Shown here piece after piece: positions 56,426 through 64,000 of a stretch of DNA of 64,000 bases (its first letter is position 1; every line of letters starts with the position of its first letter). Under the pieces are notes generated by a model. That model searched no databases and had not been told where the DNA came from. It saw only the letters and a program-made list of their open reading frames with translations. Made by a program: the position numbers and the translations under genes. This DNA is from Eledone cirrhosa (taxonomy: Eukaryota): NCBI GenBank assembly GCA_964016885.1, contig OZ024740.1, positions 141,546,001 through 141,610,000 on the forward strand, written 5' to 3'.

Positions 56426-56522
56426 AGACATATTACAATCGTTTCTCTGGCGACCAGCTCGAGGCACGCTCGATGTAATGATCGAACCTAACTCTGAAAT
56501 CGCAAGGTCCTCAGATACGTCT
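56426..56522 (-). ncRNA. type-I hammerhead ribozyme
   Basis: Reverse complement: agacgtat CTGAGGA...GAAA cgattg TA atatgtct; 8-bp stem I. Confidence 0.75.
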
Positions 56523-56714
56523 CGATTCTACGAAACTCTACTTCGTAGAATCGAGACGTTTCTTATGTGATATATATGCACCAATTCGCTCTGTCCCGAT
56601 AATTTAATTTAGTTATCGCTCGCACTGATTTTAGGTATCTAGTCTTTAATGCGAAGAAATACCAATGATAATCAGCAGACTACTGATGATGGACAATCCT
56701 GTTTCTCGGTCTAT

Positions 56715-56788
<74 letters not shown>

Positions 56789-57028
56789 GGCGGTAGAACT
56801 AAGGTGTATATGAAAACAAACATATATAAGGATATGGGTTGCCTCGCTACCGAAGAAAAATACGGAACGAGACGAAAAAAAAAATAGTTTGCTCCTTTCT
56901 TCTGCGAATATATTACAGATTTGCTGGCATATTCTGAGAATGTCAGACAGCATGTTTCAATATTTGTTAAACTTACTGGCATGAAACAGATTATAGTCTA
57001 TATACATATACACACACACACACACACA

Positions 57029-57129
<101 letters not shown>

Positions 57130-57270
57130 CCAAAGATTAATATGGTTCATTGATTACTCAATGAATATAGTTTTACAATAGATTAAAAGCACTCTACAAA
57201 AAGGTTTTCTGGAGTTATTAATATTATTCAGAATATTAATAAATGAAGATATTCACATAATCAAAATATA

Positions 57271-57338
57271 TGTTTTATTATATATATTTCGAAGGTACTG
57301 TGTTGTTTTTTCAGTACGTCCTCGTCAGATAAAATACA
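57271..57338 (-). ncRNA. type-I hammerhead ribozyme
   Basis: Reverse complement: ttttat CTGACGA ggacgtactg..cagtaccttc GAAA tatata TA ataaaa. Confidence 0.75.
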
Positions 57339-57512
57339 CGAATTGATGTATGACATACCTCAACGGTCTTGATAGTTCAATTCCAGTATTGGCAGTGATT
57401 TATTACAACACATGTCAACATTTATATACCATAAATAATAACATGATAAACTTAAATTTAAAGAAGAAGATGACGTGGAGCGAGATAGGGATATAAGGAG
57501 GGGGTGAATATG

Positions 57513-57830
57513 AGGAGAAGCAAGAAAAAATAAAATAAATAAATACATACATACATAAATATTTAAATGAGTAAATAGATGTATTAGGGAAGAAATATAT
57601 AAAAAGACAAAAAAAAGGAAGAAAGAGAAGAGAAGAAAGAAGAAATAACGGCAAAAAAGAAAGAAATGAAGGGTTAGGTAGACAGACCGTTGTTTTAAAA
57701 TATTAAGTCAAATTGAGGCAACCAATTAAATAATGTCTTTTTATATATTTCTTCCCTAATACATCTATTTACTCATTTAAATATTTATGTATGCATGTAT
57801 TTATTTATTTTATTTTTTCTTGCTTCTCCT
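57513..57830. repeat. ~97-bp inverted repeat (57513-57609 / 57734-57830), probably an inverted pLTR remnant
   Basis: Direct comparison; lies upstream of the minus-strand hammerhead. Confidence 0.85.
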
Positions 57831-58620
57831 TGATTCGTAGACCAACAGCGGCAAATGCAGTGTGCACCCTTTCGAGAGCACCTTGTACATCTGTCCCGTT
57901 AGCGCCCATCAGCACGATGTCATCCGCGTAGGCCAGGTCCGTCACCACGACCCCTCTACCGACCTCTACGCGCGGGTAATCCCAGAGCGCTGTGTTGAGA
58001 GTGTAGTCAATGGCGTAGTTAAAGAGAGTTGGCGATAGCACACATCTCTGCCGAACACCGGTCCCAACATCGAACGACTCCGTCTCCCCACCATAGACCC
58101 TCACTCGAGCCCAAGTCGACCGGTAGTAGCCTTGTATGAGACGAAGCAGTTTCACTGGGATGCCATCCGCCTGCATTATACGCCAGAAGGCTTCCCGATC
58201 TACCGAGTCGAAGGCAGCTGCAAAGTCGATGAAGCAGAGGACGGAAGGCTGTTGATATGCCCACCGTTGTTCCAGGACACGCCGGAAGCCGCACTGAGAG
58301 GACGGGTACGGACATCACGGATGGCCTGAAACCTCTTCAGCAAAATAATTGCGAAGGTTTTGGCAGCAACGTCAATTAAACTGATACCTCTGTAGTTGGA
58401 ACACAGTTTCCTATCGCCTTTTTTGAAGAAGGGTAGGAGAGTTGCCTCGCTCCAGTCACCAGGGAACCGCTCCGTCGCCCACACCGAGGAGAAGACTTGA
58501 TGGAGCCAAGCTGCGAAGACATCAGGCTCGGCCTTGTAGACCTCAGCTGGAACGCCATCTTCGCCCGGCGCCTTGTTGTTCCGGAGATATGTCAGGACAC
58601 TACGTACCTCCTGGGGTCGG
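57831..58620 (-). mobile_element. RTE-clade LINE RT fragment (inverted)
   Basis: KAPGEDG, NYRGISL, GVRQRCVLSPTLFN, DLAYADDIV. Confidence 0.9.
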
Positions 58621-59480
58621 CGAGACATATGCAAGAAGACAAAGTTAAAGGTGTACAAGGCATGTGTGCTCTCTTCTCTTCTTTATGCCTGCGAGACCTG
58701 GGTCACATACCGACACCACCTTAAAGAATTGGAGCGTTTCCATCAGATATGTCTCAGACGGATCCATGGCGTTCACTGGAGGGACCACATCAGTGATGTC
58801 GAGATTTTGAAAAGCTCTCTGTGTGACAGAATAGAAGCTCTTATGCTTAAGCAAAGACTCTGTTGGAGTGGTCACCTTGCCAGGATGAAGGATTCTAGAA
58901 TACCAAAACAACTCTTTTATACAGAGTTAGTTAAAGGAAAACGACCTCCACATAAACCAAAAAAGAGGTATATTCGTTGAAAGCCTCTTTGAAAGACGCT
59001 AAAATATCTGCCGATACATGGGAAAATGTAGCTGCTGATCATAATAAATGGAGAAAGACTGTATATGAGGGAAAAGTTGCCTTTGAGGCATCTCGAATCG
59101 CATACGAGAAAGTAAAGAGGGGTGTGAGGAAGGGCATTGCTGGTGCATTTCCAGACTGCGAAGGTCTTCCTATGGTGCTGACATGCAGCGTCTGTGCAAG
59201 ACTCTACCTCAGCAAAGCTGGACTCGAAAGTCATCTTCGCAGTCATAAAGTGTGACCAGTGGTTGACTACCAGGCTGCTGTTGGAGATACTACTCTTCAT
59301 GCCTGCCAAGGATGTGGTAGAGAGTGTAAATCAGCAGGAGGGCTCAAACGGCATGCAAAAGTACATGAACTCCAACCAAAGCCAGCTATTCTCAGTAAAT
59401 GTTTTGGTTGCCAACTCTGTGCAAGACATTTTAGATCATTGGCTGGGCTAAAAAGCCACATTCGATCACAGCACCGTTAA
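58612..59480 (+). mobile_element. RTE-clade LINE 3' ORF fragment with three C2H2 zinc fingers
   Basis: KLKVYKACVLSSLLYACETW, LERFHQICLRRI, WSGHLARM..RIPKQL; CSVC..H..H, CQGC..H..H, CQLC..H...H. Confidence 0.88.
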
Positions 59481-59518
59481 TTGTTATTGTGTGTGTGTGC
59501 GCGCGTGTGTGTGTGTAC

Positions 59519-59594
<76 letters not shown>

Positions 59595-59829
59595 TTTATT
59601 ATTATTATTATTATTATTGTCGTTATGTTTTTTTTCTCGTGCAATGGCCATACTCGATAACGAGGGGCAGCCATCATGTATGTATGTACTTCTGGCTTTA
59701 TAATTTCATGTATGTATGTATGTTTCTCTTTCTTTTAATTTTGAGTACATTTTTTGACCATCCCCCTTCCTGGTGGCAAGGTTGTAAAAGAAAAAAAATT
59801 GTCATCCCTTAAATCGCAAGAATGCACAG

Positions 59830-61600
59830 AGATATCCTTCAAGGTGGGATGTCATAAACTTGTCGGAAATCCATGCCAGGCTTTTTGAATGATTTATCCC
59901 CTCTAAGGTCTGTGCTTTTGTCTCAGGTCCCCATGCACAACTTTCTCTGTAAATTGGTCCATTTTTTAAATTTTGTTAGAGCATTGAATAGGATCTTCCA
60001 ATGTCACTGAGAGAGAGAGATTTATATCAGACCTTATTCCATATCTCTCCTCCAGATCAATGGTTATCTTAATGAGATTATTTCCTTCAAGCTCATAAAC
60101 CCGGGCAAGGTGGTTGCTAACCTTTTTCTTCTGCTGAACATGTTGCTTCAGTTTTACTATGCAGGTCTCATATGATATTAATATGGATTTTAGACCTCGG
60201 CCACCTTCCTTGCGTGAAACGTATAGTCTATCCACATCACCATTGTTGTTAAAGTTCCCAGTAACACTGAGAAGCTTGCGAGTTCTCACATCCATCTCAC
60301 TTAGTTCTTGCAATGACCAGTTCAGCAGGCCAAATGTTGGTGCATAAGTATTGTGGGCAATGTACTTGTACTTTGACAGTTCTGATGACCATATTTTCTT
60401 TACTCTTCTGAAGTATTCAGTTCTGGTCCTCTCCTTATTTATGGGTCCATCATATCTGACATTCTCATTCTCATACAAGATATCTGTAGTTGTCACCTGA
60501 CTGTAGAGGTTGTATTGTCAAGCCGTTCATCTTTAGATTTCCATGGGAGGACACACCCCTTCCACGTTTAACTGTCAAATATGCACATTTGGACTCACCA
60601 AATTTCATTTTGATGTCTGCATAAAGTTGTGTAATGAGGTCCAATTGTTTTGGGATATGGTCCATACAACTTCAGGTAATCAACAAAGAAAAGATGGGAG
60701 ATACTTCTATGGCCACTTTGTTTTGTGATCAGGTATGATAGTGGGTTTAGTGAGAGAACGAAGAGCAGCACTGATAAGTTTTCACACTAAAAAATGTCTT
60801 TCTGGTATTTTTTCACTCTCTGTTGGTGAGGAGTGAGGTTTTTTTGTGTTTGTTTGCATGTAAGGAGCATTGTTTCCTATGGTTTTTCGTACGTCAGTAA
60901 TCTTTTTTTCAATTTTAGTTATATATGATGGTATTTTTGGTGGTGTTCTGTTCTTGTTAATATCTCTACTATCACCAAGATAATGCTTCACTGTCGTTGC
61001 TAAGGCATATAAACAGGCGTTGATTTGCCAAAATGTTGGGGTTTTTATCTGTCGTAAATATTCATCCCCTAATTCGTCAATAACACGTAGTATTTCATTA
61101 TTTGGTTTTTTATTAAACATTGTCGTTTTAATACGTTCAGCCAGAGAGATATTTATACATGAGTTAATTTCTCTCTGGAAGATTTCGTTGAGGGAAATTT
61201 TCAATTGTTTATACTTTTGATTATTATCATTATCGATAGTATTTTCCACAACAGTCGATGTAGACTCGGATGTTACACGTGGTGCCAAATTTCTTCGATT
61301 ATTATTATTATCGATAGTGTTTTCCCCAGCATTCGAGGTAGACTTAGATGGTACACGTGGTGTCAAGTTTCTTACAGGCATAGTTGTTTCAAGTCGCTGT
61401 TCGACCTGGCTTCTAGGAAGTCTAGTTGCATGGCGACCTGTAGCATGTGTTGTTGATAACATGTTTGTTGTGGGGGACTTACAATTAATAATATTTATCT
61501 TATTATTACGTTCAACAAACGTCGCTTGTTGGCGTAATTGTTTCGCTGTGAAATAATTTAGCTCTGGGTGCATTTCGTCCCAGTGTAGCTTCATTAGTTA
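59830..61600 (-). mobile_element. R4/Dong-type LINE, internally deleted (N-terminal region joined to post-YxDD RT)
   Basis: WDEMHPELNYFTAKQLRQQA; MKFGESKCA, YRYL, TRKLL..GDVDRLYVSRKEGGRGL. Confidence 0.8.
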
Positions 61601-62124
61601 GATATAGTTAGAAGAATAACCAGTTATTCAACATGACTGTAGTTGTGGCATTACTGTCGGAGATAGTATTCATCTTAAATTTAATAAATAGTCTCTCACG
61701 CCAAAATATGCCACTGATCGCGTTGACTGTATGTATATATGTATGTATGTATGTATTTTTCTATCTGTCTGTTTGTCTTTCTGTTTGTGTATATCAACAT
61801 GCATCCAACCTATCTGCTCTGAACTTTACAGCCTTCTCTTCCCTTATTTTTCTTACTGGTTAAAAGTAATCGATTAGGAGCAAATAAAAAATCATCGCTG
61901 ATCGATTTTAGCTTCAGTCCCACTACTGATCGATCGCATCACCCTGTCAATAGTATCTCTCTAAGTCCTTATCTCATTCCAGTCAACATTCCATGTATAT
62001 TACCTCTTATCTGTATCGCTCTATTATTCCCTCTCCTTTTTCTTTCAGCACTTCCTTCTTTCTTCTATTCTTTTTTCTCACTCTCCCCCTCTCTGTTCCC
62101 GTCCCTCTCTCTATCTTTATTTTT

Positions 62125-62212
<88 letters not shown>

Positions 62213-62383
62213 TATTTCTCTCTCTTGCTTGGTTGCTTCCCCCCCCCCTCTCTCTCTCTCTCTCTCTGTTTCTCTCTTCGTCTCCTTTCATTTTCTCACT
62301 CACTCACCCTGTCACTCTCCTCTTCTTTCCTACTTACTTTTATTCTCCTACAAACCCACTACTCTTCTCTATCTACTCCCCCT

Positions 62384-62464
<81 letters not shown>

Positions 62465-62797
62465 CATGCAACAAGGAGGTTTCTACGGACAGTTTCATCG
62501 AACGAAAGAAGAAATAATAGATCTCGATATTGTTGTTTTTGTTGATTTCTGGAATGTTCAGTGTTGCTGTTACCACGACGACGACGAGGGCCATCACCAC
62601 CATCACTACCAACACCAACACCAACACCACCAACCACCACTACCACAACTACCACAACCACCACGACCACGACGACGACGACCACCACCACCACGATGAC
62701 GACCACCACAACGACCACCACCACCATCACCACCACCATCACCACCACCATCACTGATACCACCACCACCACCACCACGACAACGAGCCCCCTCAAC

Positions 62798-62873
<76 letters not shown>

Positions 62874-63478
62874 ACATGCTGCTGCTGCTATTGCTGCTAT
62901 TGGTAGCTCCGAAAGCTGTTGCTCTTGTCTGAATTATTGTCGTTGTTGTTGTTATTGTTATTGTCTCTGTTGTAGCCGCCTTTCAATTCTGATCGAACGG
63001 CAGCCATGATATACGGAATAAACTTCATCGAACAGCTGGTCTGTTTATTTCTTAATCTAGGACAGCAGTAGTATTTTTGGTGGTGGTAGTGGTGGTGGGA
63101 TGGTGTTTAGGTGGTTAGTGGTGGTGGTGGTGTTCATGTTGGTGGTAGTGGGGTTAGTGGTGGTAGTGTGGTATGCTGTTGTTGTTTTCGGTGGTGTGTG
63201 GATTGAGCTGCTGAGAACCATCCGGTAGTTAATGAGTCCCGTTAGTTGGATTGGTTCTTTCAGCCCAACTCCACCATTCTCAGGGGGATTGGATTCGCAA
63301 TCCTGTGGCACTGGGGACACGAAGCAACATCTATTAATGTTTTACCAAAGTAGACAGTGCAGGAATAAAACTTGGTGAAGCCCTAAGCCGTAGCTTGTCG
63401 AGCTTATGTCTAAATCAAGAAACGCGCGTGGTCAGTAATTCTAAATCTGTGTTGAGTTTGGATGAGCTTTCTATCACA

Positions 63479-63560
<82 letters not shown>

Positions 63561-63569
63561 TATATATAT

Positions 63570-63623
<54 letters not shown>

Positions 63624-63625
<2 letters not shown>

Positions 63626-64000
63626 CGAAGAAAGTGTGGTAAGGAACCAGATGGACCATAACGCACCGGAGTACTCAATACTTAGGGTGGTAGAGTGGGT
63701 AATAGGAAAATATTCAAGACCCTGGCGGTAGAGCTCGAGCCGTTTCGACGGCTATTTCGGGTCCAGAAATAGCCGTCAAAACGGTTCGAGCTCTGCCGTC
63801 GGGGTCTTGAACATTTTCCTATATATATATATATATATATATATATAGGAAAATGTTCAAGACCCCGACGGCAGAGCTCGAACCGTTTTGACGGCTATTT
63901 CTGGACCCGAAATAGCCGTCGAAACGGCTCGAGCTCTACCGCCAGGGTCTTGAATATTTTCCTATTACCCACTCTACCACCCTAAGTATTGAGTACTCCG
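63624..64000. mobile_element. nested palindromic repeat of the 28717-28923 family in (TA)n; runs off the window end
   Basis: 63667-64000 is self-complementary about the (TA)n at ~63833. Confidence 0.88.

Noticed and set aside
63057-63335. Possible host exon on the minus strand
   Set aside because: No recognisable domain or clear splice donor; it runs into low-complexity sequence

Overview
AT-rich, microsatellite-saturated eukaryotic DNA with no recognisable host gene. The repeat landscape suggests an invertebrate, probably an octopus-like mollusc (inference only). Most short ORFs in the track are translations of (TA)n/(CA)n/(CTT)n repeats. The real content is mobile DNA: a near-intact Naiad-type Penelope-like element (PLE; RT + GIY-YIG, one frameshift) with tandem and inverted pseudo-LTRs sitting in (TA)n; a second, degraded PLE; a near full-length L1/Tx1-type LINE; several R4/Dong-type (RLE) and RTE LINE fragments; mariner, Tigger-like and Helitron remnants; two tRNA-derived SINE families; and a 3-kb 32-bp minisatellite. 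The main unannotated signal is about 15 type-I hammerhead-ribozyme motifs from about 8 sequence families, read by eye. They lie mostly in short, often palindromic islands between (TA)n tracts. All calls are manual, and boundaries are approximate unless stated.
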